Part shown: positions 51,340 through 62,190 of the stretch, in pieces
Layout: each line of letters starts with the position of its first letter
Position numbering within the stretch: position 1 is the stretch's first letter
Notes under the pieces: model-generated
The model's input: only the letters and a program-made list of their open reading frames with translations
Database searches by the model: none
What the model was told of the DNA's origin: nothing
Translations under genes and position numbers: made by a program
Assembly: GCA_002411085.1 (NCBI GenBank)
Contig: DHQK01000129.1
Span: forward strand, 35,977 to 99,976
Source: Marinilabilia sp. UBA5340
GTDB lineage: Bacteria > Bacteroidota > Bacteroidia > Bacteroidales > Marinilabiliaceae
Direction of reading: 5' to 3'
DNA: 64,000 nucleotides

Positions 51340-52083
51340 TTAATTTGCGTAGTCTTGCGTTTCTACATTTTCCAGAGCTTCACTGGCAGCTTTTTGTTCT
51401 GCTTCTTTTTTTGAACTGCCTTTCCCTTCTCCGGAGACTTGATCACGAATGATGGCCCTTGCAATGAATACCGGAGTGTTTTCTTTGGATTCAGGATATT
51501 CTTCAGTGATGAAGTGAACGGGACATTTATTTTTCTGCCCCCATTCAATTAAAATAGATTTATAATTGGTGTCGTTTTCCACAATTTGTTTAAGATCCAG
51601 GTATTGGGCCAGTATGCGGTTGCGTACAAATTTTCGGGCACTTCCATATCCCTTATCAAGAAATACGGCACCTATTATTGCCTCCAGAGCATCTCCGAGA
51701 ATGTGGGTTTGTGATATATCTCCGGGCGGATGAAACCTGATCCACTTCTTTAGGCCCATGTCTTGTGCAATCTGGTTGAGATTGGTGCGGCTGACAATTC
51801 GGGACCTGGTTTTTGTGAGAAATCCCTCATCTTCCGATGGATAGAGATTATACAATTCCTGGGCCACAATGGCTCCGAGAATGGCATCTCCCAAATATTC
51901 AAGTCTTTCGTTATTGAATGGTTCGTTGGAATGTTTTCGTCTCAGCGCAGATTTATGGATCAGCGCTTGTTGGTATAAGGCTGTTTTCCCGGGACGAATT
52001 CCGGTAGTAGAATTTATAAATCGATAAAACTTTCTTCCTTTGCGGGAAAAAAGTTTTATCGATTTGAAAAGCGGTATAAACAC
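51340..52083 (-). CDS. rnc: Ribonuclease III
   Basis: NERLEYLGDAIL, EGFLT, DALEA motifs and C-terminal dsRBD (GKGSSKKEAEQ); GTG start. Confidence 0.95.
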   Translation of the reverse strand: MFIPLFKSIKLFSRKGRKFYRFINSTTGIRPGKTALYQQALIHKSALRRKHSNEPFNNERLEYLGDAILGAIVAQELYNLYPSEDEGFLTKTRSRIVSRTNLNQIAQDMGLKKWIRFHPPGDISQTHILGDALEAIIGAVFLDKGYGSARKFVRNRILAQYLDLKQIVENDTNYKSILIEWGQKNKCPVHFITEEYPESKENTPVFIARAIIRDQVSGEGKGSSKKEAEQKAASEALENVETQDYAN

Positions 52084-52086
52084 AAC

Positions 52087-53337
52087 TTAATCTAATGCTT
52101 TGAATACCACACATGCATTGTGACCACCAAAGCCGAATGTGTTCGACATGGCCACTTTAATTTTCTTTTCCTGGGCCTTATTGGCTGTTAAATTGAGTTT
52201 TTCATCAATTTCCGGATCCAGGTCAAAAAGATTAATGGTCGGAGGAACAATGCTGTTTTTCATTGCCAGAATAGAGGCAATGGATTCAATGGCTCCGGCA
52301 GCACCCAGAAGGTGACCGGTCATTGATTTTGTGGAGCTGATGTTCAGCTTGTACGCGTGATCTCCAAATACCTTCTGAATGGCAAGTGGTTCAGCGATGT
52401 CTCCCAAAGGGGTGGAAGTACCATGAACGTTGATGTAATCAACCTCTTCGGGTTTGATATTTCCATCTTTCAGTGCATTTTCCATTACTTTTTGAGCACC
52501 TAAACCTTCCGGATGTGGAGCGGTCAGGTGATGGGCATCCGCGGTCATTCCGCTACCTGCCAGTTCGCAATAGATTTTTGCACCGCGTTGCACGGCATGT
52601 TCATATTCTTCTATTACCAGGGCACCAGCACCTTCACCCATAACAAAGCCGTCGCGGCCTTTGTCGAACGGACGAGAGGCAGTGGCCGGATCATCGTTAC
52701 GTGTTGAAATTGCCTGCATAGCATTAAAACCACCAACTCCTGCTTCGTTAATAGCTGCTTCGGATCCACCAGTGATAAACATTTTGGCTTTTCCCAAACG
52801 GATTAGATCAAACGCACTGCCAATAGCATGCGTTGAGGAAGCACACGCCGATACTGTCCCGAAATTGGGACCCCTTAGTCCATACTTCATTGAAATGTGT
52901 CCGGCCGCAATGTCCGAAATCATTTTGGGGATGAAGAAAGGATTGAAGCGGGGTACTTCGTTATTCTTAACGAACCCACGGGTTTCGTCGAGGAAGGTGA
53001 TGATGCCACCAATACCTGCTCCCCAGATGACGCCTGCCATATCCTGGTCTATGGTCTGGAGATCGATACCGGCATCCTGGTATGCCTGCTCAGCTGCAAT
53101 CATTGCAAACTGAGCAAACATATCCAATTTTCTTGCTTCCTTACGATCGAAGTAATCGGCAGGTTTGTAGTCTTTTACCTCGCAAGCAAATTGTGTTTTG
53201 AAATGGGTGGCGTCAAATCGAGTAATGGGTGCAGCACCACTTACTCCTTGAACCAGGTTGTTCCAATACTCATCGATGGTTTTTCCAATCGGGGTAAAGG
53301 CGCCGAGCCCTGTAACTACTACTCTTTTTAACTCCAT
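52087..53337 (-). CDS. fabF: Beta-ketoacyl-ACP synthase II
   Basis: SACAS, NVHGTSTPLGD, KSMTGHLLG and NTFGFGGHN motifs. Confidence 0.97.
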   Translation of the reverse strand: MELKRVVVTGLGAFTPIGKTIDEYWNNLVQGVSGAAPITRFDATHFKTQFACEVKDYKPADYFDRKEARKLDMFAQFAMIAAEQAYQDAGIDLQTIDQDMAGVIWGAGIGGIITFLDETRGFVKNNEVPRFNPFFIPKMISDIAAGHISMKYGLRGPNFGTVSACASSTHAIGSAFDLIRLGKAKMFITGGSEAAINEAGVGGFNAMQAISTRNDDPATASRPFDKGRDGFVMGEGAGALVIEEYEHAVQRGAKIYCELAGSGMTADAHHLTAPHPEGLGAQKVMENALKDGNIKPEEVDYINVHGTSTPLGDIAEPLAIQKVFGDHAYKLNISSTKSMTGHLLGAAGAIESIASILAMKNSIVPPTINLFDLDPEIDEKLNLTANKAQEKKIKVAMSNTFGFGGHNACVVFKALD

Positions 53338-53374
53338 AACTGCTTTTAAAGTATAACTCTACTTTTTTGACTGA

Positions 53375-53611
53375 TTACTTTGCGTTCTCTTCAATGTAAG
53401 CAATGGCGTCACCCACTGTACCGATGTTCTCTGCCTGATCATCAGGAATTGCGATGTTGAATTCTTTTTCGAACTCCATGATCAGCTCTACAGTGTCAAG
53501 AGAGTCAGCACCCAGGTCGTTGGTGAAACTGGCTTCGTTAGTTACTTCTGTTTCGTCAACTCCCAACTTGTCTACAATAATTGCCTTAACTCTTGATGCA
53601 ATGTCTGACAT
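53375..53611 (-). CDS. acpP: Acyl carrier protein
   Basis: [14 protein letters not shown] (phosphopantetheine Ser); ATG at 53611. Confidence 0.97.
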   Translation of the reverse strand: MSDIASRVKAIIVDKLGVDETEVTNEASFTNDLGADSLDTVELIMEFEKEFNIAIPDDQAENIGTVGDAIAYIEENAK

Positions 53612-53784
53612 AGCTTTAAATTTTAAGTTAATAATTGAAATTTTGGTTTTAAAACAACTGTGCAAAGAAAAAGATTTGCCCAAAATAAATCAAATATTCC
53701 TTCAAGGAAATTAGTTTTCAGGCCTCTTTTTTCTAATTTTGGCAGGGCAAAAGTAGTATTTTTTTACAAGATAAAAATTTGATA

Positions 53785-54354
53785 ATGAAGAATATTGTTC
53801 TTTTTGCTTCGGGATCGGGTTCCAATGCTGAAAATATTGCTCTTTTTTTTCGTGACAATCCGGATGTGGAGATTTCGTATATTTTGTCCAATCGGTCGAA
53901 TGCTGGCGTACTCGAAAGAGCTAAAAACCTTAATATAAGAACTTTTGTCTTTGATCGCAAGATGTTTCTTGAGACCGATGAGGTTTTATCCCTTCTGAAA
54001 AAATCCGATCCGGATTTAATCGTTTTGGCTGGTTTTCTCTGGTTGATACCTGAAAAAATGGTAAAAGCCTTTCCGGATAAAATCATAAATATTCATCCTG
54101 CTTTACTGCCTCAATATGGAGGAAAAGGAATGTATGGTGATCGGGTGCATCAGGCAGTTATTGATAATGATGAAAAGGAGTCAGGCATCACCATTCATTA
54201 TGTAAATGAAAAATATGATGAGGGCGATATTATTTTTCAGGGTAAATGTGCTGTTGAAAAGGGTGATACTCCTGAAACACTCGCTCAGAAAGTTCATCTG
54301 TTGGAATATGAACACTTTCCCCGGGTTATTCAGCAACTTTTAGAGAATCAATAA
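53785..54354 (+). CDS. purN: Phosphoribosylglycinamide formyltransferase
   Basis: ASGSGSN, LAGF, NIHPALLP and SGITIHYV...YDEG motifs. Confidence 0.96.
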   Translation: MKNIVLFASGSGSNAENIALFFRDNPDVEISYILSNRSNAGVLERAKNLNIRTFVFDRKMFLETDEVLSLLKKSDPDLIVLAGFLWLIPEKMVKAFPDKIINIHPALLPQYGGKGMYGDRVHQAVIDNDEKESGITIHYVNEKYDEGDIIFQGKCAVEKGDTPETLAQKVHLLEYEHFPRVIQQLLENQ

Positions 54355-55642
54355 GTGCGTTTTCCGTGTTAAATGCTTTGGCTTTAACAGCGTCAAGTTC
54401 TTTTTTCCAGGGTTCTATATACCTCAGATATTCTGAAAGTCGTTCCTCGTGGATTGGATCTACCGGAGGGGCTTCCACTTTTAGAGGATCTATCGGGCTA
54501 TTGTTTTTATAGATTCGGAAGTCGAGATGGGGCCCGGTGGCAAGTCCTGATTTGCCTACATAGCCAATTAGCTGGCCCTGGGAGACTTTCATGCCTTTTT
54601 TGATGCCTTTGGCAAATCCGGATAGGTGCATGTAGACTGTACGATATACACTGTTGTGCTTTATCTTGATGTAGTTTCCTCCCCCCTTGGGATCCCATGC
54701 CCGGTGCGTAATTCTGCCATCACCCAAAGCGTAAACTGGCGTCCCAGTTGGGGCCGCATAGTCAATACCATGGTGGGGACGGCGTATTTTTAATACAGGA
54801 TGCAATCTGCTATGACTGAACCTGCTGCTGATGCGTGAGAATTTTAGAGGTGCTTTCAGGAAAGCTTTTCTAAGACTGGCCCCTTTTTCATCAAAGAAGC
54901 TCATAATGCTGTCCTGTTCATATCGGAATGCATAATAAGGATAGTTGCGATGATTAAACAGGGCTGCGTGAATAACACCTATTCCGATGGAAACACTGTC
55001 CACATATTCTTCGTCGTAAATAACTGTAAAGTGGTCTCCTTTTTCAATGCCAAAGAAGTCTACCGTCCATGCAAAAATGTCAGAAAGATCAAGGGCCAGG
55101 TTGGGGTTTAGATCATTCTCATTTATGGTATTCCAAAGTGATGATTGGATAATGCCAGTAGCCGTTTTTCTTCGGGTTTCAACTTTTTTTTGATCCCGGT
55201 AGATGAGTGTGTCTCCTGTTAAAGACATTACCACATATTCTATCGGGTCAATTTCGTAAACAAACCACTGAGGGACCAGAAGTGAGTCTTTTTTTGAGGA
55301 AAAGATGGTGTAATCATTGCCTGTTTTTATTCGCCTGACATCAAAAACGTCTTTGGAGGCTATGGCCAGATTGTGAATAATTGAATAATCCACATTGTAG
55401 GCAGACAGAAGTGAAGCCAGATTTTGGGCATATTTTACACGGCCTTTCTCAATGATAAAGGAATCCTTTTCGAGTCCGTAAAGTGTTTCCGGGGGCGGAG
55501 GAGGAGTCGTCACCAGGTTCAGACTGTCCTCGAGTTGGGTGGTGTCAGGTGTTTTTAATCCGCTAAAATGGCGATAGCACCAAAAGGTTGAGAATACCAA
55601 TAGGACTAAAATGATGATTCCTGCGATGTATTTCTTTTGCAT
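54326..55642 (-). CDS. M23 family peptidoglycan endopeptidase (MepM/OapA-like)
   Basis: N-terminal membrane anchor; RISSRF, HHGIDYAAP, YMHLS and GLATGPHLDF motifs. Confidence 0.88.
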   Translation of the reverse strand: MQKKYIAGIIILVLLVFSTFWCYRHFSGLKTPDTTQLEDSLNLVTTPPPPPETLYGLEKDSFIIEKGRVKYAQNLASLLSAYNVDYSIIHNLAIASKDVFDVRRIKTGNDYTIFSSKKDSLLVPQWFVYEIDPIEYVVMSLTGDTLIYRDQKKVETRRKTATGIIQSSLWNTINENDLNPNLALDLSDIFAWTVDFFGIEKGDHFTVIYDEEYVDSVSIGIGVIHAALFNHRNYPYYAFRYEQDSIMSFFDEKGASLRKAFLKAPLKFSRISSRFSHSRLHPVLKIRRPHHGIDYAAPTGTPVYALGDGRITHRAWDPKGGGNYIKIKHNSVYRTVYMHLSGFAKGIKKGMKVSQGQLIGYVGKSGLATGPHLDFRIYKNNSPIDPLKVEAPPVDPIHEERLSEYLRYIEPWKKELDAVKAKAFNTENALIDSLKVAE

Positions 55643-55732
55643 TGGATATTCGTTTTTTTAGGTCGGCACTCCGATCCGTTTGCAGATATTCGGCATCTCA
55701 AAAATAATGCCTTTTCCGGTCTTTTGCTCAGA

Positions 55733-56638
55733 TCATAAATCAGCTTCAATTTCGCTGATGGTTTTCTTCCTTTTTTCCCGTATTTTGAGGCGGTCGTAAC
55801 CCTCCCCAAATATACCCATTACATTACCCATGGTAATAAATGCTTCCGGGTCAACGCTCTTAATAATACGAAAGAGAATGGAAGATTCTTTTTTTCGTGC
55901 ATAAACCATCAGTATTTTTATTTCTTCTCCGGTATAGCCTCCCACGGCCGGGATAATGGTGAGTCCTTTTTTTCCGGTGTAGACGATTTGCTCGGCCAGC
56001 TCTTTGTGTTTTCGTGAAAAAATAAAGAACTGTACTGTCTGGGTATTACCCGATATAACCAGATCGATAGTATAAGCTATTACCGCCATAGTCATAAAAC
56101 CGTAGACCATGGTCTCAATGGATTTAAAGATAGGGTAAGCAGATACAATAATGACCGCATCCATGGCCAATAACAATCGGCCCATGCTGATGTTGCGGTA
56201 TTTATTGATAATGCGGGCAATGATGTCTGTTCCACCTGCACTGCCCCCATTGGAGAATATAAGGCCACCTCCAATGCCGCTCATGATCCCTCCGGATACT
56301 GCAGCCATCATCCGCTCCGAAACCAGAGGTTCTGTGAAAATATTGCTGAAAAAAGAGAGGAAGCCGGCAAAAACCACTACACTGTATATGGATTTCACAC
56401 CGAAGGAAGCCCCAATGGTCTTCATGGCCAGAAGTAATAAGCCCACGTTGATCAGCAGGCTACTCATTCCCACGTCAATGTCGAACAGAAAAAACAGAAT
56501 ACTTGAAATTCCTGTAAGACCACCTCCTACTATTTCACTGGGGATAATAAACCCGGTCCAGCCAATGGCGCCTAAAGCTAAGCCTGCTGTTATTATTAAA
56601 TAGGATTTTATTTCTCTCCAGAGATAGTCTCGTTTCAT
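55733..56638 (-). CDS. YitT/DUF161 family membrane protein
   Basis: Multiple transmembrane segments; GGGLTG, GGSAGGTDIIA and DPEAFI motifs. Confidence 0.88.
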   Translation of the reverse strand: MKRDYLWREIKSYLIITAGLALGAIGWTGFIIPSEIVGGGLTGISSILFFLFDIDVGMSSLLINVGLLLLAMKTIGASFGVKSIYSVVVFAGFLSFFSNIFTEPLVSERMMAAVSGGIMSGIGGGLIFSNGGSAGGTDIIARIINKYRNISMGRLLLAMDAVIIVSAYPIFKSIETMVYGFMTMAVIAYTIDLVISGNTQTVQFFIFSRKHKELAEQIVYTGKKGLTIIPAVGGYTGEEIKILMVYARKKESSILFRIIKSVDPEAFITMGNVMGIFGEGYDRLKIREKRKKTISEIEADL

Positions 56639-56652
56639 ATTTGTATTTTATA

Positions 56653-56692
56653 AAGAATGCCGCCGGAAAAGTCTTTTCCGGGGCAGTTCTTT
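56653..56692 (-). terminator. Hairpin downstream of leuS
   Basis: Plus strand AAGAATGCCGCCGGAAAA-GTC-TTTTCCGGGGCAGTTCTTT. Confidence 0.55.
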
Positions 56693-56760
56693 AACCTTAA
56701 CAATAAAAAAGTCAGGTTAAAAATAATTTGAAGATCTTGCGATACTTGCAAAAGGAACGA

Positions 56761-59550
56761 TTACCCTACAACAATATTAATTATTTTTCCGGGGACAACA
56801 ATGATCTTCCTGACTGTTTTTCCTTCCGTCCATTTGGCTGCTGTTTCGTGGGCCAGTGCTGCTTTTTCAATCTCTTCTTTGCTTGCATCGGCAGGCATTT
56901 CGAGCTTAAAACGCATTTTCCCGTTGAAGGAAACCGGGTAAACCACACTGTCATCCTTCATGTATTGCTCATCAGCTTTAGGCCATGCAGCATCTACCAC
57001 AGAGCCATTGTTCTTCAGTGAACTCCAAAGTTCTTCAGCCACATGGGGTGCAAAGGGAGCGAGCAGGATGGTTAAAGGTTCAAGTATTGTGCGTTTGTGA
57101 CATTTTAGGTCGCTCAATTCGTTCACGCATATCATGAAGGCGCTTACACAGGTGTTGAACGAGAATCGCTCAATGTCATCAGAAATTTTGGCAATGGTGC
57201 GGTGCAATACTTTCAATTCCTCTTTGGTGGCTTTTTCATCCGAAACCTGAAGGGAACCGTCACGGTCAGCGAAAAGGCGCCAGGTTTTTCTGAGGAATTT
57301 GTGCACTCCGTCAATTCCATTGGTATCCCATGGTTTGGATTGCTCCAACGGGCCCAGGAACATTTCATAAAGCCGGAGTGTATCGGCCCCATACTGTTCG
57401 ATGATGTCATCCGGATTTACTACGTTGAACATGGATTTGGACATTTTCTCAACTGCCCATCCACATACATATTTGTCGCCTTCTTCCAGAATGAATTCGG
57501 CATTTTTGTATTCCGGATTCCAGTTTTTGAACGCTTCGATGTTCAGTATATCGTTGTGTACAATGTTTACATCCACATGAATGGGGGTGACATCATACTC
57601 TTTTTTCAGGTTGTAGGAGACAAATTTGTTGGAGCCTTTGATCCGGTAAACGAAGTTGGATCGTCCCTGTATCATTCCCTGGTTGACAAGTTTTTGGAAT
57701 GGTTCGTCTTTACAAACGGTTCCCAAATCGAACAGAAACTTATTCCAGAAACGGGAATAAATGAGATGGCCGGTAGCGTGTTCTGTGCCGCCAATGTAAA
57801 GGTCAACATCCTGCCAGTAATTATTGGCTTCGGGGCTGACAAGCATTTCGTTGTTGTGCGGATCCATGTAACGCAGATAGTAGGCTGATGAACCTGCAAA
57901 TCCGGGCATGGTATTCAACTCTAGTGGGTAGCCCTCTTCTGTTTTCCAGTTTTTTGCGCGTCCCAAAGGTGGTTCTCCCTGCTCTGTGGGAAGATATTTG
58001 TCTACTTCGGGTAACTCCAAAGGTAATTTGGAAGGATCCAGCGTATAGGGCATGTCATCTTTGTAGTAAACCGGGAATGGCTCTCCCCAGTAGCGTTGAC
58101 GGCTGAAAATGGCATCACGAAGACGGTAGTTGACTTTTACTTCACCGATTCCTTTTTCTCTGATAAATTCTTTGGTTTTCTCAATGGCTTCGGGTACGTT
58201 GAGTCCTTCGATGAAGCCTGAATTTATCATGGTGCCCTCTTTGGAGTCAATCGAATCTTCCCACTGGCTTGTATCACCGGGTTTTTCGCCGTGTGGTACT
58301 ACTACCTGAATAATGGGTAAATCAAAAGTACGGGCAAAAGCAAAGTCGCGACTGTCATGGGCGGGAACCGCCATGATAGCTCCTGTTCCATAGCCTGCTA
58401 ATACATAGTCGCTCACCCAGATGGGCACCTCTTCGTTGGTAAGAGGGTTTATAGCATAAGCTCCGGTGAATGCTCCCGTCATTTTTTTGACTTCGGCCAT
58501 GCGTTCACGCTCAGTGCGTTTTTTAGCATCGGCAATGTATTGATCTACCTTTTCTTTTTGCTCGGGGGTAACCACCTGATTCACCAATTCACTTTCGGGA
58601 GCAAGCACCATGAAAGTTACTCCGAAAACAGTATCGGCACGGGTGGTAAAAATTTTCATCTGGACATCCGAGTCTTTTACCGGGAAAACCATTTCAGCCC
58701 CTTCAGAGCGGCCTATCCAGTTTTTCTGTATTTCTTTGAGTGATTCAGACCAGTCAATGTTATCCAGGCCAGTCAATAGTCTTTCGGCATAAGCAGAAAC
58801 TCTTAACGCCCATTGACGCATCACTTTTTGTTCCACCGGATGTCCGCCACGTAAAGAAACACCTTCCTTTACCTCGTCGTTGGCCAGAACGGTCCCCAGC
58901 TCAGGACACCAGTTCACCATGGTGTCAGCCAGATAAGCAATGCGATAATTGAGCAGTGTCTCCTGCTGTTCTTTCTCATTCCTGGCATTCCATTCATCTG
59001 CGGTAAATGAAAGTACTTCGGAGCAGGCAGCATTGATGCCGTTGGTTCCATTGGCTTCAAAATGTTCGGTCAGTTTGCTGATGGGTAACGCTTTTTCAGC
59101 ATTGTTGTCATAGTAATGATGAAACATCTGAATGAAAGCCCACTGTGTCCATTTGTAATATCCGGGGTCACAGGTTTTTACTTCCCGGTTCCAGTCATAC
59201 GAAAAGCCGATCTTGTCTAACTGCTCACGGTATCTGCTAATGTTCTTTTCAGTGGTAATGGCAGGGTGTTGTCCGGTCTGGATGGCATATTGTTCTGCCG
59301 GAAGGCCGTAAGCATCGTATCCCATGGGATGAAGGACATTGAATCCATTGGAACGTTTGTAACGGCTGAAGATGTCGGATGCAATATATCCCAGAGGATG
59401 TCCCACGTGCAGGCCGGCGCCTGAAGGATAGGGAAACATGTCCAGAACGTAGTACTTGGGGCGGCTGTTATCAACCTCTACCTTATAGGTTTTATTTTCT
59501 TTCCAGTGTTTTTGCCACTTCTGCTCAATCTCTTTAAAATTGTATTCCAT
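56761..59550 (-). CDS. leuS: Leucyl-tRNA synthetase
   Basis: [40 protein letters not shown] and KMSKS motifs; ATG at 59550. Confidence 0.98.
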   Translation of the reverse strand: MEYNFKEIEQKWQKHWKENKTYKVEVDNSRPKYYVLDMFPYPSGAGLHVGHPLGYIASDIFSRYKRSNGFNVLHPMGYDAYGLPAEQYAIQTGQHPAITTEKNISRYREQLDKIGFSYDWNREVKTCDPGYYKWTQWAFIQMFHHYYDNNAEKALPISKLTEHFEANGTNGINAACSEVLSFTADEWNARNEKEQQETLLNYRIAYLADTMVNWCPELGTVLANDEVKEGVSLRGGHPVEQKVMRQWALRVSAYAERLLTGLDNIDWSESLKEIQKNWIGRSEGAEMVFPVKDSDVQMKIFTTRADTVFGVTFMVLAPESELVNQVVTPEQKEKVDQYIADAKKRTERERMAEVKKMTGAFTGAYAINPLTNEEVPIWVSDYVLAGYGTGAIMAVPAHDSRDFAFARTFDLPIIQVVVPHGEKPGDTSQWEDSIDSKEGTMINSGFIEGLNVPEAIEKTKEFIREKGIGEVKVNYRLRDAIFSRQRYWGEPFPVYYKDDMPYTLDPSKLPLELPEVDKYLPTEQGEPPLGRAKNWKTEEGYPLELNTMPGFAGSSAYYLRYMDPHNNEMLVSPEANNYWQDVDLYIGGTEHATGHLIYSRFWNKFLFDLGTVCKDEPFQKLVNQGMIQGRSNFVYRIKGSNKFVSYNLKKEYDVTPIHVDVNIVHNDILNIEAFKNWNPEYKNAEFILEEGDKYVCGWAVEKMSKSMFNVVNPDDIIEQYGADTLRLYEMFLGPLEQSKPWDTNGIDGVHKFLRKTWRLFADRDGSLQVSDEKATKEELKVLHRTIAKISDDIERFSFNTCVSAFMICVNELSDLKCHKRTILEPLTILLAPFAPHVAEELWSSLKNNGSVVDAAWPKADEQYMKDDSVVYPVSFNGKMRFKLEMPADASKEEIEKAALAHETAAKWTEGKTVRKIIVVPGKIINIVVG

Positions 59551-59655
59551 GGTGCAGTTAGATGTAGTTTCTTGCTTTTGTTCGTCAAAGCTGCGAAAAT
59601 ACAAAAAGTTTCAGACAATTATAAGTGAGTGGCACCGGTCATTTTTTATCCGGCA

Positions 59656-60645
59656 TCATTTCCGTATTTGTGTCCATTCTGAGACAGGAATGAGATCGTT
59701 GCAGTCCGGACCCAGAATATTGTCTGATGAATATTCGGCAGCTTCTTCTTTTGTAAGCTGATGGCTCCAGGGTACTCTTTTTTCATTGAGAGCTCCTTTT
59801 CCGGTGTTTTGGTATTCGACATAACAGGCTGTTTTGGAGCGATTGGTTCCGCTCCAGTTGGCCCAGCCCTGAGGGAGAATGTGTGCCCCCATTTGACAAT
59901 GAAGGAAAGCCACTCGTGCATAATCTCGCCAGGGACGTCCGAGCAATACTTTGGAGACATCGGCGGCTGCAGTTAGTTGGCAGTTCAGAAAAACCATTCC
60001 GAACTTTTTGTCCTTTGGCGTGCTTGCCGCTGTGATGTAAGAATCGGCCAGACTGTGAATCCGGCATGCTTCAAAAAGAATGGTGGCTTCACCAAATATG
60101 AAGTCAGTGGTACCTTCGATGCGGCATTGGTAAAAGTAATTTTTGCTGTTCTCTCCTGAACAATACAAGGTATCCTGATGCCCCAGAATATTGCAATTGT
60201 GGAAGGCAACCCGGTTGCCTGTTATGTGTAATGCCACAGCTTGCCCTACTGGTCCTGAGGTGTTTTGGATGGTCAGATTTTCAGCATAAAAATCATTGGC
60301 CTCCACCTTGAAAGAATAGGTGTAGAAGGTGCTGTTGCGGCCTTTGTCTATTTTGCTGAAATGATCATTCCAGGTAATAATGGTTTTTTCCTTGCTTTCT
60401 CCTATTATTGAAAGGTTGGTATTGAAAGCCGGGATAGTAACTTTCTCATTGTAAATGCCATTTTTTACGAATATGGTGATTCTTTGGTCAGGAAAAGCCT
60501 TGGTGTTGTATATGGCTTCCTGGATAGTGGAGAAATCGCCAGAGCCGTCTTTTGATACAGTGATGGTCGTTTCATAAGCACAGGCGTTATTGTTCAGTAG
60601 AAAAAGAAAACTGCCCAGAAAAAACAGATGTTTAAATAATGTCAT
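59656..60645 (-). CDS. Pectin methylesterase (CE8), secreted
   Basis: Signal peptide; DGSGDFSTIQEAI, GIYNEKV, QAVAL, QDTLY, DFIFG and LGRPW motifs. Confidence 0.93.
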   Translation of the reverse strand: MTLFKHLFFLGSFLFLLNNNACAYETTITVSKDGSGDFSTIQEAIYNTKAFPDQRITIFVKNGIYNEKVTIPAFNTNLSIIGESKEKTIITWNDHFSKIDKGRNSTFYTYSFKVEANDFYAENLTIQNTSGPVGQAVALHITGNRVAFHNCNILGHQDTLYCSGENSKNYFYQCRIEGTTDFIFGEATILFEACRIHSLADSYITAASTPKDKKFGMVFLNCQLTAAADVSKVLLGRPWRDYARVAFLHCQMGAHILPQGWANWSGTNRSKTACYVEYQNTGKGALNEKRVPWSHQLTKEEAAEYSSDNILGPDCNDLIPVSEWTQIRK

Positions 60646-60652
60646 TGTGCTC

Positions 60653-61636
60653 TTAGTTTTTTAATGTATTGTCCAGAAAATTGCTTATAAGTATTACAGT
60701 CTCGTCAAACCAGGGGTGAAATAGCCAGAAAGGATGCACTTTCACAGTGAAGGAGTGTACTTCATTGTAGATGTTGTGTCTGTTCAGGATGCCTCTTAAT
60801 TCGTCCTGTCCGGCATGAAACCTGGGATAACCACTGTTAATAAACAGCATTGGAGGCGCCTTTTCGTCAGCGTAGAAAATGGGGGATGCCTCTTTCCATG
60901 TTTCGGGTTTCTCATGAAAAAAACCATTCAGCCATACCACATCAGCTGAATTGTCTTTGCGCGGATTTTTGAGTGAAAGAGGAGCAAGGAAATTCACTGG
61001 TCCGTCAATTACAAGGATGGCTTGTATGTTGGTAGGGTAGTTGTTGTATCCCTGAGTCCCTTCAAATTTTTCCATGTTGGGGGTCAGACCGACCAAAGCT
61101 GCCAGTTGCCCACCTGCAGAACTACCCGATATGGCAATCTTGTCAGGTTGGATGTCGTATTCTCCCGCATGTGCTCTTATCCATCTCAAGGCTGCTTTTA
61201 TATTATGAACGGCAGAGGGGTAAAGGGCCTCTGGAGATAGTTGGTATTCGACAGTAATTGTGACGTAGCCCCGGGCAGCTATTTGTTGGGCAAGGGGGAT
61301 TTCCATGGATTTATCGCCCGAACTCCAACCTCCACCATGAACCATGATCAACGCAGGTAATTTCTTCCTTCCTTCCGGACGGAAAAGGTCAAGGTGCAAG
61401 TCCCTTTTTCCATAAGGGGTGTTTTCGAGGGTGGTGTAAACAATGTCCCGATGCTCCATAACTCCTGCTGGAAGCTGTTCTTTTGCAATTTGGGCTATAG
61501 GATAAACATGTTTAATCTTGTTGTAGGCAGAATAGGGAGTGAAGGTGGTGTCTCTGGGGATGCTTTTTGTTTGAGCATGGGGATGTGCAGAAAATAAAAA
61601 GCTGATCGTCAATATTAAAAATACGGGATGTTTCAT
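60653..61636 (-). CDS. Secreted alpha/beta-hydrolase esterase (HSL/BD-FAE-like)
   Basis: Signal peptide from ATG 61636; HGGGW and GSSAGG motifs; 7 bp upstream of the CE8 gene. Confidence 0.82.
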   Translation of the reverse strand: MKHPVFLILTISFLFSAHPHAQTKSIPRDTTFTPYSAYNKIKHVYPIAQIAKEQLPAGVMEHRDIVYTTLENTPYGKRDLHLDLFRPEGRKKLPALIMVHGGGWSSGDKSMEIPLAQQIAARGYVTITVEYQLSPEALYPSAVHNIKAALRWIRAHAGEYDIQPDKIAISGSSAGGQLAALVGLTPNMEKFEGTQGYNNYPTNIQAILVIDGPVNFLAPLSLKNPRKDNSADVVWLNGFFHEKPETWKEASPIFYADEKAPPMLFINSGYPRFHAGQDELRGILNRHNIYNEVHSFTVKVHPFWLFHPWFDETVILISNFLDNTLKN

Positions 61637-61962
61637 GGTTCTTTTGTTTGTCGTTTTTCTGGCTAAAATAGCAAAAGGGGCTGTGTTGTTATTTTTTTCT
61701 AATGCTTTTAGAAGTGTAAATATACTTGGGTTTTGAACCTTTATGTGTGGAGTAGTTATTGAAAATTGGGGGATGGATTGTTTTTTATATGAAAAGAGAG
61801 GGGTATATGGTGTGCTGAGAAAAAACTCAATTTTCACAATGGCTAATTTCGTGAGATTTTAGCGGTTTCTTTTCGGTTGCATGGGCACACTGGAAATCAA
61901 TGTAGTTCCTTTTCGTTGAATAAGACTAAAAGCTTTTTCTCTGACGAGAAAAAGCTTTTCAT

Positions 61963-61993
61963 TTTGAGCCGATCATAAAAAAAACTATCTTTG
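61963..61993 (+). promoter_or_regulatory. Promoter of tRNA-Arg
   Basis: TTTG (61963-61966), 19-nt spacer, TATCTTTG (61986-61993). Confidence 0.75.
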
Positions 61994-62005
61994 CCGCACC
62001 AAAAA

Positions 62006-62078
62006 GGTCCCGTAGTTTAACTGGATAGAACGTAGGATTCCGGTTCCTATGGTGGGGGTTCGAGTCCTCCCGGGATCA
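62006..62078 (+). tRNA. tRNA-Arg(CCG), CCA not encoded
   Basis: Cloverleaf: acceptor GGTCCCG/CGGGATC, D-arm GTTT/GAAC, anticodon arm TAGGA-TTCCGGT-TCCTA, T-arm GGGGG-TTCGAGT-CCTCC. Confidence 0.95.
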
Positions 62079-62080
62079 CA

Positions 62081-62118
62081 AAAACCGCAACTGTTTGTTT
62101 TCAGGCATTGCGGTTTTT
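62081..62118 (+). terminator. Terminator-like hairpin after tRNA-Arg
   Basis: AAAACCGCAA...TTGCGGTTTTT. Confidence 0.6.
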
Positions 62119-62190
62119 GTGTTTCTAAAATAGCGTTGTAAACTATTTGGTTCGCTGGGGTGTGACTACCAAAGTTATTTGGATGATGAA

